This document shows positions 32,560-43,106 of a stretch of DNA of 64,000 nt, piece by piece. Origin of the DNA: an uncultured Gemmatimonadales bacterium (GTDB lineage Bacteria > Gemmatimonadota > Gemmatimonadetes > Gemmatimonadales > Gemmatimonadaceae); NCBI GenBank assembly GCA_963707505.1, contig CAVPQB010000004.1, positions 1,088,001 through 1,152,000 on the forward strand, read 5' to 3'. Position 1 is the stretch's first letter; each line of letters starts with the position of its first letter. Under the pieces are notes generated by a model. It was not told where the DNA came from, did not search any database, and worked only from the letters and a program-made list of their open reading frames with translations. Both the position numbers and the translations under genes were made by a program.

Positions 32560-33668
32560 TGTTTGGTGGGGCGCTTTTCTTCCAGCGCCTTGACTATTCG
32601 CTCCGCTGCGTGGCCGTCCCACCCAGCGGGACGCGGCGGTGTTGCCTGAGCAACCGCCGCAACAGAGTCAGCGTATGCACCCAGTATCCCGCGCGGCGTT
32701 AGCGGCCACGGTGCCATGTGGTTGGTGCCATGCGTGATCGTGACGGGCCGCTCGGTCTGCTCGCGCAATGTGACGCACGGAACTCCGAGTGCGGTCGTCT
32801 CCTCCTGGATGCCGCCTGAATCCGTGAGCACACATTGGGCTCCATCGGTCAGCGCAAGCATCTGAGTGTATCCGAGCGGCTCCAGCACGGTAAGCGGAGT
32901 GAGCTTCGGACCGAGATGGAACCGCTCGATGTTCTTGAGCGTGCGCGGATGCAGCGGCAGGACTACGGGCAGCGATTCCGCAACGAGTGCAAGCCCTTCG
33001 AGCACAGCCGCAAGCGCCGCTGGATCATCCACGTTGGACGGACGGTGCAGTGTCGCGGCGACGTAATGGCGCCGGCGCAGTCCGAGACGCTCCAGCGTGT
33101 TTGTCGCACGCGCTACAGGAAGCTGCAACATCAGCGTGTCGATCATCACGTTGCCGACGAACCGGATGTCGGCCTGGGAAATCCCTTCGGCGATGAGATT
33201 CGCCGCGGCATCTTCCGATGGTGTGAGCAGCAAGTCAGCAAGCCGGTCCGTCACGACGCGATTAATTTCTTCCGGCATGCGCCAGTCTCGGCTGCGCAGC
33301 CCGGCCTCGACGTGCGCGATGTGGGCGTGCGTCTCGGTGCGTACCTTGGACGCAACGAGTGTCGCCGCCATCGTGGAGTTGACGTCACCCACGACGACGA
33401 CCCACTGCGGATGTACCTTCATCAGGACGGGCTCGAACGCCTCCATGATCCTGGCGGTCTGTACCGCATGACTCGCGGTGCCGACGCCGAGATGGAAGTC
33501 GGGCGTCTTTATCCCAAGCTCCTTGAAGAAGGTGTCGGACATCGCGGCGTCATAATGCTGGCCCGTGTGGACCAGGATCGCCTCGTGGCCGGCCGCTTCC
33601 AGTGCGCGCAGAATTGGGGCAACCTTCATGAAGTTGGGGCGGGCGCCCGCAACGACGAGAACTTTCAT
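32544..33668 (-). CDS. wecB: UDP-N-acetylglucosamine 2-epimerase (non-hydrolysing)
   Basis: GARPNFMK, HTGQHYD, GDVNST, HVEAGLRS, TLHRPSNVD, TDSGGIQEE; 3' end overlaps rarA by 16 nt. Confidence 0.93.
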   Translation of the reverse strand: MKVLVVAGARPNFMKVAPILRALEAAGHEAILVHTGQHYDAAMSDTFFKELGIKTPDFHLGVGTASHAVQTARIMEAFEPVLMKVHPQWVVVVGDVNSTMAATLVASKVRTETHAHIAHVEAGLRSRDWRMPEEINRVVTDRLADLLLTPSEDAAANLIAEGISQADIRFVGNVMIDTLMLQLPVARATNTLERLGLRRRHYVAATLHRPSNVDDPAALAAVLEGLALVAESLPVVLPLHPRTLKNIERFHLGPKLTPLTVLEPLGYTQMLALTDGAQCVLTDSGGIQEETTALGVPCVTLREQTERPVTITHGTNHMAPWPLTPRGILGAYADSVAAVAQATPPRPAGWDGHAAERIVKALEEKRPTKHYSPS

Positions 33669-33758
33669 GTGATCAGTTGGCATTATGAGGGGTAAAGCTA
33701 GACATCCAGCAGGCATTGTCCAACCGGCGGCACCTTCCGTGCAGGAGACACTCGGACC

Positions 33759-34223
33759 ATGAAGAAAACATTTGTGATATCAGCTGTAGCGGCGCTTGCC
33801 GGATGCGCGTCGCTTGGGGTGGGCGGGTTCAAACAACCGATAGTCAACTTCAATGACCTCCAGGTAGAAGGTGTCGGCACCAAGGGGGGAACGGTTGACG
33901 TTGTGCTCAGCGTCTACAACCCCAACGGTTACCGCCTGGACGCCACTCAGCTCACGTACAAGCTGCTCGTCGATACGAGCTCCGTGGGCGATGGCGTTTA
34001 CAACACCAAGTTCACGGTTCAGAGCGGCGATTCCGCGATTGTTCGTCTCCCGGTCCATCTCAGCTACGCCGGCCTGGCCGCTGCGGCGAAGCAGTTGCAG
34101 GAAAACGGATCTGTCAACTATCGGGTGATCGGCGACGTGACTGTCGCAACGCCAGTCGGTAACTTCACGAAGCCCTACGACCAGACGGGCCGTTTCTCAA
34201 CCTTGTCGGGGATCAAGCACTAG
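33759..34223 (+). CDS. LEA type 2 (WHy domain) lipoprotein
   Basis: Lipobox LAGC; VYNPNGYRL NPN motif; beta-rich. Confidence 0.85.
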   Translation: MKKTFVISAVAALAGCASLGVGGFKQPIVNFNDLQVEGVGTKGGTVDVVLSVYNPNGYRLDATQLTYKLLVDTSSVGDGVYNTKFTVQSGDSAIVRLPVHLSYAGLAAAAKQLQENGSVNYRVIGDVTVATPVGNFTKPYDQTGRFSTLSGIKH

Positions 34224-34226
34224 AGA

Positions 34227-35516
34227 TTGCCAAAAGAACTGATTGATCTGATCGCTCCGATCGAGCGCGCGCTCCTGATAGGGGCGCCGCGCAAGGGGCG
34301 CAGTGCCAAACACCGGACAGCCGAGCACCTCGAGGAGCTGGCCCGGCTCGCGGATACCGCGGGTGCCGAAGTCGTTGGCGAAGTCGTGCAGCAGATCGAG
34401 CGCCCCAATCCCGCGACATACCTCGGCAAGGGAAAGGTCGAGGAGTTGACACAGACGATCGCGGATATGGATGCGACGCTGCTCCTGTTCGACGACGAGC
34501 TGAGTCCCTCACAGGGAAAGAACATCGAGGACATCACGGGCAAGCGCGTGATGGACCGCGCCGAGCTGATACTGGACATTTTCGCGACGCGCGCGCGCAG
34601 CGCCGAGGCGAAGATGCAGGTTGAGCTCGCTCAGCTTCAGTACATGTTGCCGCGGCTTACGCGCATGTGGGCCCACCTCGAGAAATTCCGCGGCGGTATC
34701 GGCGTCCGCGGTCCCGGTGAAACACAGCTGGAGACCGACCGTCGGCTGATCAACCATCGCATCAAGGTGCTTACGCAGCGGCTGACGGAAGTTCAGAAGT
34801 CGCGTGAGGTGCAACGCGGCTCGCGCCGCGGAGAGTTTCAGGCAAGCCTCGTCGGGTATACCAACGCCGGCAAGTCGTCGATCCTGCGTGCGCTCGCGAG
34901 CGACAACAGCATCTTTGTGGAGAACCGGTTGTTCGCGACGCTCGATCCGCTTACTCGTGAGGTCGAGCTTGCGGACGGCGAGGAGATATTGCTTACCGAT
35001 ACGGTCGGCTTCGTGCGCAAGCTGCCGCACCAGCTGGTCGCGAGCTTTCGTGCGACGCTCGAAGAAGTGCTCGAGGCAGATGTGCTGCTGCACGTAATCG
35101 ACATTTCCGATCCGCTGTGGGAAGAGCACCGTGCAGTGGTAGTGGAGGTGTTGTCCGAGCTTGGCGCGAATCACAAGCCCGTGATCAACGTCTTCAACAA
35201 ATCCGACCTGCTTCCGCCGGACGTTCTGGAGGCACTGCGCGAGCGTATCGCCAATCTCATTCCAGATGCCGTTTTCGCGAGTGCAGAAACCGACGGCGGT
35301 CTCGATGCGCTCAAGCGCGCGGTGCTGCGGCGCCTCCGCGCGGAGCGCAGAGTCGTGGAGCTGCGGGTGCCGTTATCCGATGGCCGCTTGCTCGCGGAGC
35401 TGCACCGCAATGGCGATGTTCTGGCGCAGCGAACGGACGGAGACGAGATGATCGTCTCGGTCAGGCTGACACAGGAAGCACTGGGGCGACTCGGCGCCCG
35501 CGCGGTCGCCGTGTAA
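34227..35516 (+). CDS. hflX: GTPase HflX
   Basis: LILDIFATRA, QVELAQLQY.LPRL, GPGETQLETDRR, GYTNAGKSS, LFATLDP, DTVGF, NKSD. Confidence 0.97.
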   Translation: MPKELIDLIAPIERALLIGAPRKGRSAKHRTAEHLEELARLADTAGAEVVGEVVQQIERPNPATYLGKGKVEELTQTIADMDATLLLFDDELSPSQGKNIEDITGKRVMDRAELILDIFATRARSAEAKMQVELAQLQYMLPRLTRMWAHLEKFRGGIGVRGPGETQLETDRRLINHRIKVLTQRLTEVQKSREVQRGSRRGEFQASLVGYTNAGKSSILRALASDNSIFVENRLFATLDPLTREVELADGEEILLTDTVGFVRKLPHQLVASFRATLEEVLEADVLLHVIDISDPLWEEHRAVVVEVLSELGANHKPVINVFNKSDLLPPDVLEALRERIANLIPDAVFASAETDGGLDALKRAVLRRLRAERRVVELRVPLSDGRLLAELHRNGDVLAQRTDGDEMIVSVRLTQEALGRLGARAVAV

Positions 35517-37924
35517 ACGGCGGCCATACGGACTACGTCGGGCGTATCCGTGCAATCTGCTGCGCCGCCGCGGGCGCATGTGCCGGCGTGTCCTCGTTAT
35601 CGGCGCAGATAGTACGCGGAACCGCACGCGTCGAAGAAGATAAGCTTGGATCGGCCCAAACTACGATTGCCCTTGTCGATACACTCGGCGCGATCGTTGC
35701 CGGTACTACTACCGGTGAAACAGGAGCATATCTCCTGCACGCGCCGCACGCCGGAACATATCGTGTGCGTGCACGCAGAATTGGATTCATGCCGGATTCG
35801 TCATCCGCGATGGTTGTCGCGAGTGGCGCGACTGTGACGTTCGATCCATCGATGCAGCGGCTTCGAGCTCAACTCTCCGAGGTTCGGGTGCAGGAGTCGC
35901 GACGGTGCGTCCTTGCACCAGAAGCTGGCGAGCAGACGCTGCGGCTATGGCAGGAAGCACAGAATGCGCTCTCCGGTGCGGCAGTGAACACCGTGAGTGG
36001 CACGAATTCGTTCGTGCTCAATCGGTTTCAGCGCGAGCTCGACAGTCGGGGAAAGCGTGTGATCAGATCGACACGCTGGCGGCTGCCAGCGTACGCATCC
36101 GAGACTTACGCAAGTATTTCTGCGGATTCACTCGCGGCGGAAGGGTTCGTGAAGATGGCAGGAAGCGCCGCAATCTATTACGCGCCAGACGCGCGCACGC
36201 TGCTCTCGGAATCCTTTGCGCGGACGCACTGCTTGCGTCCGGTTGCGGGAGCGGCCGGATCAGATTCCGTTGGGCTCGCGTTCGAGCCTGTAGGGCATGA
36301 CCATCGCACCGAAGTTGCCGGGACGTTATGGCTCGCGCGCTCGACCGGCAAGTTGATGTATCTGGAGTTCCGGTACGTCGATGCGGCGGATCGTAGCGAA
36401 GGTGCAGATGAAATGGTGCCCCATGCCACGGGCCGCGTCGACTATCGAGAGCTTCCAGGCGGAGCATGGATCATCAGCAGCTGGGTGATCAGGGCGCCGT
36501 TGATACGTGTGACTGCCGCGCGCACGGAGACGACGCCGTTCGGGTCATACAGGACTGAGCCGGTATCATCGGTATCCGGCTGGTGGGAATTCGGCGGTGA
36601 CGTTGCCGATGTCACGACCGCGCAATCCAGTAATCCACCTGGATCGTTCGCGCCGAAATCGGGTTCGCTCCGCGGCACTCTTGTCGACAGTACCGCGCAT
36701 GAGGGGGTCGCAGGGGTGGATGCGAGTGTTCAGAGTGTTGGTTCACAAAAGATTGTGGCGCGCACCGTTACCGATTCCGCGGGTCACTTTGCTTTTGATA
36801 GCTTGCTCGCTGGCGAGTACGTACTCCGGTTCGCGGCGCCACGTCTTGACACGCTCGGTACGGCGATACCGTCTGCGTCGTTCTCGATCATTCCCGAGCA
36901 GCAGTTGACATTGACCACGACGGTGCCACCGTCGGAAATCAACCGTGCGTGTCCCGCGCAGCAGCCGGAGCAACGCATCGTTCACGGTGCCATTCGCGAT
37001 AGTGTGACCGGCTCGGCTCTATCGTCAGTGTCCGTTCGCATGACGTGGATTGCGCGAGCGTCGGAGAGTGGAAGCAGGTTTGTGGTGCAAGCGTCGGAGG
37101 TCGCGGCGGTTACTGATAACACTGGCCACTATGTCTTGTGCGGTTTACCCACCGATCGCATACTGACGGCGACGATAACGGAAAAGGGAATGCGCCCCAT
37201 GCGGATTGTCATTCCGGCGCACACCGACGGGGTGGTTCTCAGGAACGTGGAGATTGCCGCTCGGGGAAGCGATTTTGGCTCCGTCACCGGCACTGCACGG
37301 GGGCCCGGCGGATCCGGAGTAGTTGCTGCTGAAGTGTCGTTGTTGGACGATCTCGAAAAGCGTGCGTACACGGACTCCGTCGGCGCTTTCGAACTTTCCA
37401 ACGTACCTTCCGGGTTTCACATACTCAGAGTTCGTCGGTTGGGGTTCGCCCCTTCTGAGGTTCCGGTGCGCGTTACGGCGGGTGGTGTTACTCCGGCCAG
37501 CGTCGTGATGACCGCCGGTGCGTCGGTTCTGAGCAGGGTCACCGTCACGGCGCCGAGCGGCGAGACGGTCAATCTTCCCAGGGAAGTGGCACATCGTCTC
37601 ACCGCAGGACAGGGTTACTACATCCTTGCCGGTGATGTGAGGCTTCGCGACTCGCATAGTACGAGTGACGTGATTCGACGGCTTCAGGGAGTTACTGTAA
37701 CGGGCAACGTCGCAGTAAGCACGCGCGGGATAAACTCACTGCTAGCCGATCCCTGCCCACTAGGGATCCCCCTGTATGTGGATGGAGCGCCCACGGGCTA
37801 CAATAGCCTGGATGTCGTCGTGCCGTCCGAGATCGCCGCAATCGAGTTCTACCCGACAACCGCGTCCATGCCTCCCTCGATGCACCCGTCTCCGTGCGGC
37901 GCGATCATCATATGGACAAGGTGA
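35513..37924 (+). CDS. Exported multi-domain protein with carboxypeptidase-regulatory-like repeats and C-terminal TonB-plug-like domain (start uncertain)
   Basis: Repeats such as TTGETGAY..GTYRVRARRIGF, TDSAGHF..GEYVLRF, TDNTGHYVLCGLP, TDSVGAF..RVRRLGF; ends YVDG..EIAAIEFY..CGAIIIWTR; no clean in-frame ATG before the signal-like segment. Confidence 0.75.
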   Translation, partial: VNGGHTDYVGRIRAICCAAAGACAGVSSLSAQIVRGTARVEEDKLGSAQTTIALVDTLGAIVAGTTTGETGAYLLHAPHAGTYRVRARRIGFMPDSSSAMVVASGATVTFDPSMQRLRAQLSEVRVQESRRCVLAPEAGEQTLRLWQEAQNALSGAAVNTVSGTNSFVLNRFQRELDSRGKRVIRSTRWRLPAYASETYASISADSLAAEGFVKMAGSAAIYYAPDARTLLSESFARTHCLRPVAGAAGSDSVGLAFEPVGHDHRTEVAGTLWLARSTGKLMYLEFRYVDAADRSEGADEMVPHATGRVDYRELPGGAWIISSWVIRAPLIRVTAARTETTPFGSYRTEPVSSVSGWWEFGGDVADVTTAQSSNPPGSFAPKSGSLRGTLVDSTAHEGVAGVDASVQSVGSQKIVARTVTDSAGHFAFDSLLAGEYVLRFAAPRLDTLGTAIPSASFSIIPEQQLTLTTTVPPSEINRACPAQQPEQRIVHGAIRDSVTGSALSSVSVRMTWIARASESGSRFVVQASEVAAVTDNTGHYVLCGLPTDRILTATITEKGMRPMRIVIPAHTDGVVLRNVEIAARGSDFGSVTGTARGPGGSGVVAAEVSLLDDLEKRAYTDSVGAFELSNVPSGFHILRVRRLGFAPSEVPVRVTAGGVTPASVVMTAGASVLSRVTVTAPSGETVNLPREVAHRLTAGQGYYILAGDVRLRDSHSTSDVIRRLQGVTVTGNVAVSTRGINSLLADPCPLGIPLYVDGAPTGYNSLDVVVPSEIAAIEFYPTTASMPPSMHPSPCGAIIIWTR

Positions 37925-38010
37925 GTCGCTAGCACTCGTTGATGCGCGAAGCGTGAGAGCCATGTCGGCCGAACCACCCCGACCCAAGCACAACCGGGTT
38001 CAATCACGTA

Positions 38011-38032
38011 TGATATCGGCGTGTTGATATCA
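38011..38032. promoter_or_regulatory. Palindromic operator candidate TGATATC-N8-GATATCA
   Basis: Perfect 7-bp inverted repeat ending 38 nt upstream of the M28 peptidase ATG, overlapping a TATGAT -10-like hexamer. Confidence 0.4.
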
Positions 38033-38070
38033 GATAACCATTCGCCGCGCTTCCTCTTACAGCCACAGGC

Positions 38071-39659
38071 ATGACACTGGGACGCCATTCTCTCGTACTC
38101 GTCGCTGCGGCAGCGCTGTCAGCCGGCTCGTCGCGCATTTACGCGCAGCAGACTCCAGCACGCCAGCCACGCCGGCAGAGGCGGCGTGGTGGCATCACAT
38201 CACCGTGATCGCCAATGACAGCATGCACGGGCGCCGCACCGGAACCGCCGACTATGTGAAGGCCGCGCACTACGTCGCGGATCAATTTGCGTCGACGGGC
38301 CTGGAGCCAGGTGGCACCGACGGATTTTTTCAGACGGTACACCTCGCGGAAGCGCGCATTGTGCCGGAACGGTCGAGCATCGTGCTGCAAGCCGCAAGTA
38401 GCGCCGATACGCTCCCGCTTACCGTTCAACTCAAGCCATCGACGGTGTCGGAGGCTGCGGGGCCGATGGTCTTTGTGGGTTACGGACTGAATCTGCCCGG
38501 CGCGCACGACGATCTCGCCGGGGTCGATCTGCGCGGCAAGGTAGTGGTGTATCTCAACAGGATGCCGCAGGGACTGGGCGCAACGATGTTCGCGCACGGA
38601 CGCGCCTCTCGTTGGAGAGAGCTGCAACGGCTCGGCGCAGTCGCCGGTATCGCAATCGCCGATGCGCCGCCACCCGGTCGCACTCGTTCCACGCGTCCCG
38701 CTGGCCGCCCCGTGACTGGCCTCGCCGAAGATCCGGCAGAGCATGGTATTCTCGTGAACGTAGCGGCGGACGACGCCGAGCGAATATTCGCGGGATCGGG
38801 CCATACGTACGCCGAGATGATCGCGCTCGCCGACTCGAACAGGACGCTCCCGACGATCCAGCTCGGACCGAGCTTCCACGCCAGACTGCAAATCGAGCGG
38901 ACTCCGGTCGACGCGCCAAACGTCGTGGGAATCCTGCGAGGGAGCGATCCCAAGCTGCGCGACCAGTATCTGGTAGTGAGCGCGCATCTGGATCACCTGG
39001 GAGTCGGCCGGCCTGTAAATGGCGACAGCATCTACAACGGAGCGATAGACAACGCATCAGGCATCGCGACCCTGCTCGAGACCGCACGAGAATTTCACGA
39101 CAGGAAGATACGCGGCCGCCGGTCGGTCATTTTCCTCGCTGTCGCCGGCGAGGAAGAAGGCGAACTCGGCTCCGCCTATTTCGCTCTACATCCGACGGTG
39201 CCCGCAGGCCAGGTCGTGGCAGATCTGAATACCGACATGTACTTCCCAATCATTCCGTTCACCGGACTCTTCTCGTACGGCTGGGACGAATCCGATCTCG
39301 GCAAGGACATCTTGCCGGTATTGAAGGCGCACGGCATCGCCAACCTGGAAGATCCCGAGCCGGAACAGGTCCGCTTCATTCGAAGCGACCAGTACAGCTT
39401 CATCCAGCGCGGAATTCCGTCGCTGGCTTTCAAGGTCGGTTACACCAAGGGCTCACCCGAGATGAAGGTCGTGACGGATTGGGTGGCCAATCGCTACCAC
39501 AAGCCGTCGGACGATCTCGCGCAGCCGGTCGACTTCAGAACCGCGGTGTCGTTCGACTCGCTGTACTTCGACATCGTGCGAGCGGTTGCGGATCGCGAGA
39601 CGCGGCCAGCGTGGTACGAACGGAGCGTGTTTGCTTCCATTCCGAGAGCGGGCCAGTAG
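38071..39659 (+). CDS. Exported M28 family metallopeptidase with PA-like insert (one indel near 38160)
   Basis: Signal peptide from ATG 38071; SMHGRRTG, VSAHLDHLG, NGAIDNASG, GEEEG, NTDM, RSDQYSF, YHKPSD. Confidence 0.88.
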
Positions 39660-39799
39660 CTACGCCTAACGGCCGCTACGTGCCGGAACCCGGTACGTGC
39701 GTTATGCGTTGCCGCGTGCGTCAACGTGTCCTGGTCGCAGCTCCTCACCCCTAAGAAAGGAAACCGTTACCGCCACATGACTCTGCTCGTCGAATACCG

Positions 39800-40579
39800 A
39801 TGGGTGTAGCACGAGCTCTTGCCTTGATTGCGGGATTCCAGACAGCGCTGGTAAGCTGTGCTGGAAGTGCAATCGCACGGCGCGACGAATCGGCCGTCGC
39901 TATCTCGAGCCAGTCGGGCGGCCGCGTCGCGCTGCGCACCGACTCCGTGGCTTGCCGTTCGGGCGCAGCAGCGTCTGATAGCGGCGCGCCGCGAGTAGCG
40001 TTGCATGCCGTTGCGAGAAGTGAACGACGGCAATTTGCTCCGCGTTGGCCTGACGACTCGGCCCACGCTGTAACAGTCAGGATCGATCCCCCGAAAGCGC
40101 TTCCGGGTTGGAATCCGGCCTTTCGCACCGAAGTCGCGGCAGCCCTTCAGGCATGGGAGATTGCTGGCTCTCCCGTCACTTTTTCGCTGGTCGATGGGAA
40201 TGCCGACGCCGACGTGCGCATTCACTGGATCGACAAATTCGACGCGCGCTATGAGGGCTGGACTACCGTTTCGTGGAACGATACCGGCTGGCTCATCAAC
40301 GGTGACGTAACCCTGGCTCTTCACAGCCCGAAAGGTGAGCCACTGACGCCGAGCGAGCGTGCGCAGGTCGCGATGCACGAGATCGGGCACGTACTTGGCC
40401 TCAGCCACAGCAGCAGCTCCGCGTCGATTATGTCGCCGACGGTCCGCGTGAAGACAATCACAGCTCAGGACATCGAGACGCTTCGGTCGTTGTACATGTC
40501 GCCCGACGGGTCATCAATCGGGCAGACCATGGCGCAGGATGGTGTTTCGACCGACCGGTGCCCGGACACCAGGTCTTAG
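39800..40579 (+). CDS. Matrixin/M10-like zinc metalloprotease
   Basis: HEIGHVLGLSH zinc motif followed by SIMSP Met-turn; possible lipobox LVSC. Confidence 0.85.
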   Translation: MGVARALALIAGFQTALVSCAGSAIARRDESAVAISSQSGGRVALRTDSVACRSGAAASDSGAPRVALHAVARSERRQFAPRWPDDSAHAVTVRIDPPKALPGWNPAFRTEVAAALQAWEIAGSPVTFSLVDGNADADVRIHWIDKFDARYEGWTTVSWNDTGWLINGDVTLALHSPKGEPLTPSERAQVAMHEIGHVLGLSHSSSSASIMSPTVRVKTITAQDIETLRSLYMSPDGSSIGQTMAQDGVSTDRCPDTRS

Positions 40580-40656
40580 CGCGCGAGTCGCGGAACCAGT
40601 CAGGCGCGAGCCGATGGATCGCATCCGCGTACTAGATAAGACCTGTAATATGTTGT

Positions 40657-40672
40657 GGTGACATATGTTACA
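40657..40672. promoter_or_regulatory. CRP/FNR-family-like site GGTGA-N6-TTACA in an AT-rich island upstream of ppk2
   Basis: 8/10 match to TGTGA-N6-TCACA with palindromic spacer CATATG. Confidence 0.35.
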
Positions 40673-40801
40673 GCGGGTCAGTTAATGTGATATGTGAGGT
40701 ATGTCTAAGGTGATCCGCCACCGGAGCGGGCCGAGATCGGCCGAAATAATCGCGCGTTTTTTATCCTCAGTTTTTTCGGTCGTCGTGTCGTAACTTACGG
40801 A

Positions 40802-41612
40802 ATGCAACTCGACCCAATCGATCCCGAGCTTCCCATCAACATTCGGGACGAGGATGCCGTCTCCGACGACGTTCCGAGCGACCGGAAGGTCAGGAAGAAA
40901 ACTGCGAAACGCCTGGCGAAGCTGACCACACTTCAGGCAAAGCTGTTTGGCGACGGAAGGTACGCCGTGCTTGTCGTTCTTCAGGGGCGCGACGCGTCGG
41001 GGAAGGACGGGACGATCCGGAAAGTGTTCGGTGCGTGCAATCCGCAGGGGTGCGCCGTCACCAGCTTCAAGGAGCCCACGCCGATCGAGCGCAGGCATGA
41101 CTTCCTCTGGCGCGTGCACAACGCCGTCCCGCCGCGCGGGATGATCGGGATCTTCAACCGGTCGCACTACGAGGACGTGCTTGCTGCGCGTGTCCACGGC
41201 ATCGTCGGAAAGCCGATCTGGATGTCCCGTTACGATCAGATCAACGACTTCGAGCGCATGCTGATCCAGAACAACGTGATAGTGCTCAAGTTCTTCCTGC
41301 ACGTCTCGCGGGCCGAGCAGCGGCGCCGGCTGCTCAAGCGTGTCGAGCGGGAAGACAAGAACTGGAAGTTCCGCGAGGCGCGATCTTGACGACCGGCGCG
41401 TCTGGGATGCATACACGGACGCGTATCACGACATGTTGCGTCGCACGTCGACGAAGGAAGCGCCGTGGTACATGGTTCCCGCCGACGACAAGAAGGTGCG
41501 CAATTACTTTGTTACGGGAACCGTGGTGCGTGCACTCAGGAAGCTCAAGCTACGTTATCCCGACGCGGATCCAAATGTTCTTCTCAGAGCGGAGCAGATA
41601 CTGACAGTATGA
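40802..41612 (+). CDS. ppk2: Polyphosphate kinase 2, probably class III (one indel near 41378)
   Basis: LQGRDASGKDG, SFKEPT, HDFLWR, FNRSHYEDVL, KFFLHVS, KNWKF; then DLDDR..W and APWYMVPADDK in the next frame. Confidence 0.92.
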
Positions 41613-42532
41613 CAGGCACAAAATCCACATACCGTCCTACCGCGGCCTTCATCGGCCTGGGCGCAATCGGTGCGCCGATCGCCCAGCACGTTGCTGCAAA
41701 CACCACATTGGCAGTCTGGAACCGTACTCGCGCAGTCGCTGCGGAGTTTGCCTCCGAGACGGGCGCCCGCGACGCCGAGTCGCCGGCGAGCGCCGCGGCG
41801 GGAGTGGACTTCCTGCTTACGTGCCTTCCCACATCTGCGCAGGTCGAGGAGGTGCTCTTCGGTGCCAATGGAGCGGCGCCGAGCCTCAAGTCGGGCGCGG
41901 TGGTGATCGATTGCACTTCTGGTGATCCTGCAACGTCGCGGAAGATTGCCGATCGTCTCGCACGCAGCGGTGTTGCGTTCATCGACGCACCGGTGAGTGG
42001 CGGCGTCTCCGGCGCAGTTGCCGGAAAGCTGACAGTGATGGTCGGCGGCGATGCGGCCGCGCTGGAGCGCGCCAGGCCGATTCTCGAGACGTTCGCGGCC
42101 AAGATCGTCCACTGCGGAGCGATTGGCGCTGGCGACGCTGTGAAGGCAGTCAACAATGCGCTGCTGGCGGTGCATGTCTGGTCAACAGCCGAGGGACTTT
42201 CGGCGCTCGCGAAGCTCGGTGTGGATCCGGCGGTGGCGCTCGACGTCATCAACTCGTCCAGTGGACGCTCCAATACTTCGATCAATCTCTTCCCGGAGCG
42301 GGTGCTCAATCGGAGCTTCCCGCGGACGTTCAGGCTGGCGCTGCTGGACAAGGACGTTGGAATTGCTGCTGGTATCGCCCGCGAGACAGGGACTCCGGCG
42401 CCGCTGCTGGATGAGACGTCCCGATTATTTGCCGAGGCACATCGTGAGTTGGGCGAGGATGCCGATCACGTCGAGGCGGTGAAGGTGGTCGAGCGGCGCG
42501 CCGGAACCACGATCGGCGGCCGAATCCAGTAG
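41609..42532 (+). CDS. NAD(P)-dependent beta-hydroxyacid dehydrogenase (3-hydroxyisobutyrate dehydrogenase family)
   Basis: FIGLGAIG, WNRT, DAPVSGG, LTVMVGG, GAGDAVKAVNN. Confidence 0.9.
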   Translation: MTGTKSTYRPTAAFIGLGAIGAPIAQHVAANTTLAVWNRTRAVAAEFASETGARDAESPASAAAGVDFLLTCLPTSAQVEEVLFGANGAAPSLKSGAVVIDCTSGDPATSRKIADRLARSGVAFIDAPVSGGVSGAVAGKLTVMVGGDAAALERARPILETFAAKIVHCGAIGAGDAVKAVNNALLAVHVWSTAEGLSALAKLGVDPAVALDVINSSSGRSNTSINLFPERVLNRSFPRTFRLALLDKDVGIAAGIARETGTPAPLLDETSRLFAEAHRELGEDADHVEAVKVVERRAGTTIGGRIQ

Positions 42533-42557
42533 CCCGCATGGGCTATATTTGAGCCGG

Positions 42558-43106
42558 ATGACAGAGCACACTGAAACCATTCTTGATGCAAGCGCGGTGG
42601 AGCGAACACTCCGCCGTATGGCTGGTGAGATAGTCGAAGCGAATGGCGGAACTGACAACCTCGTAATCGTCGGGATCCAGCGGCGCGGAGTTCAGCTCGC
42701 CGATCGCATAGTTGCACTCATCAAGGCAAGCGACGGTGTCACCGTCCCGCGCGGAGCCCTCGACATCACCCTTTACCGCGACGACCTTCAGACGATCGGT
42801 CCGCGACCGGTGGTGGGGTCGACCGAGCTACCGGGCGCAATCGACAATTGCAATGTGGTTATCGTCGATGACGTCCTCTTCACCGGCCGAACGATCAGGG
42901 CCGCGCTGGACGAGCTGGCGGATTTTGGTCGGCCGGCCCGCATCGAGCTGGCAGTGCTGATCGATCGCGGGGGCCGCGAGCTGCCGATCCAACCCGACAT
43001 CGTCGGCAAGAAGGTCGACGCGCGCGCGGGCGATCGGGTTGACGTTCAGGTGGACGAGATTGATGGCCGGTCGGCCGTAGTCCTCGTATCCAAGCGATTC
43101 GAATGA
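42558..43106 (+). CDS. pyrR: Bifunctional pyr regulator / uracil phosphoribosyltransferase PyrR
   Basis: [42 protein letters not shown]. Confidence 0.95.
   Translation: MTEHTETILDASAVERTLRRMAGEIVEANGGTDNLVIVGIQRRGVQLADRIVALIKASDGVTVPRGALDITLYRDDLQTIGPRPVVGSTELPGAIDNCNVVIVDDVLFTGRTIRAALDELADFGRPARIELAVLIDRGGRELPIQPDIVGKKVDARAGDRVDVQVDEIDGRSAVVLVSKRFE

Noticed and set aside
35117..35512. N-terminal 132 aa of the 935-aa ORF
   Set aside because: Overlaps the hflX coding region in another frame; the real protein starts near the signal-like segment after about 35513
37923..37937. CIRCE-like half site GAGTcGCTAGCACTC
   Set aside because: Only one TAGCACTC half, with no partner at 9-nt spacing and no heat-shock gene downstream
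40629..40660. Possible dif (XerCD) site in the AT-rich patch
   Set aside because: Neither arm matches well (no TTATGTTAAAT-like XerD arm at 6-bp spacing)
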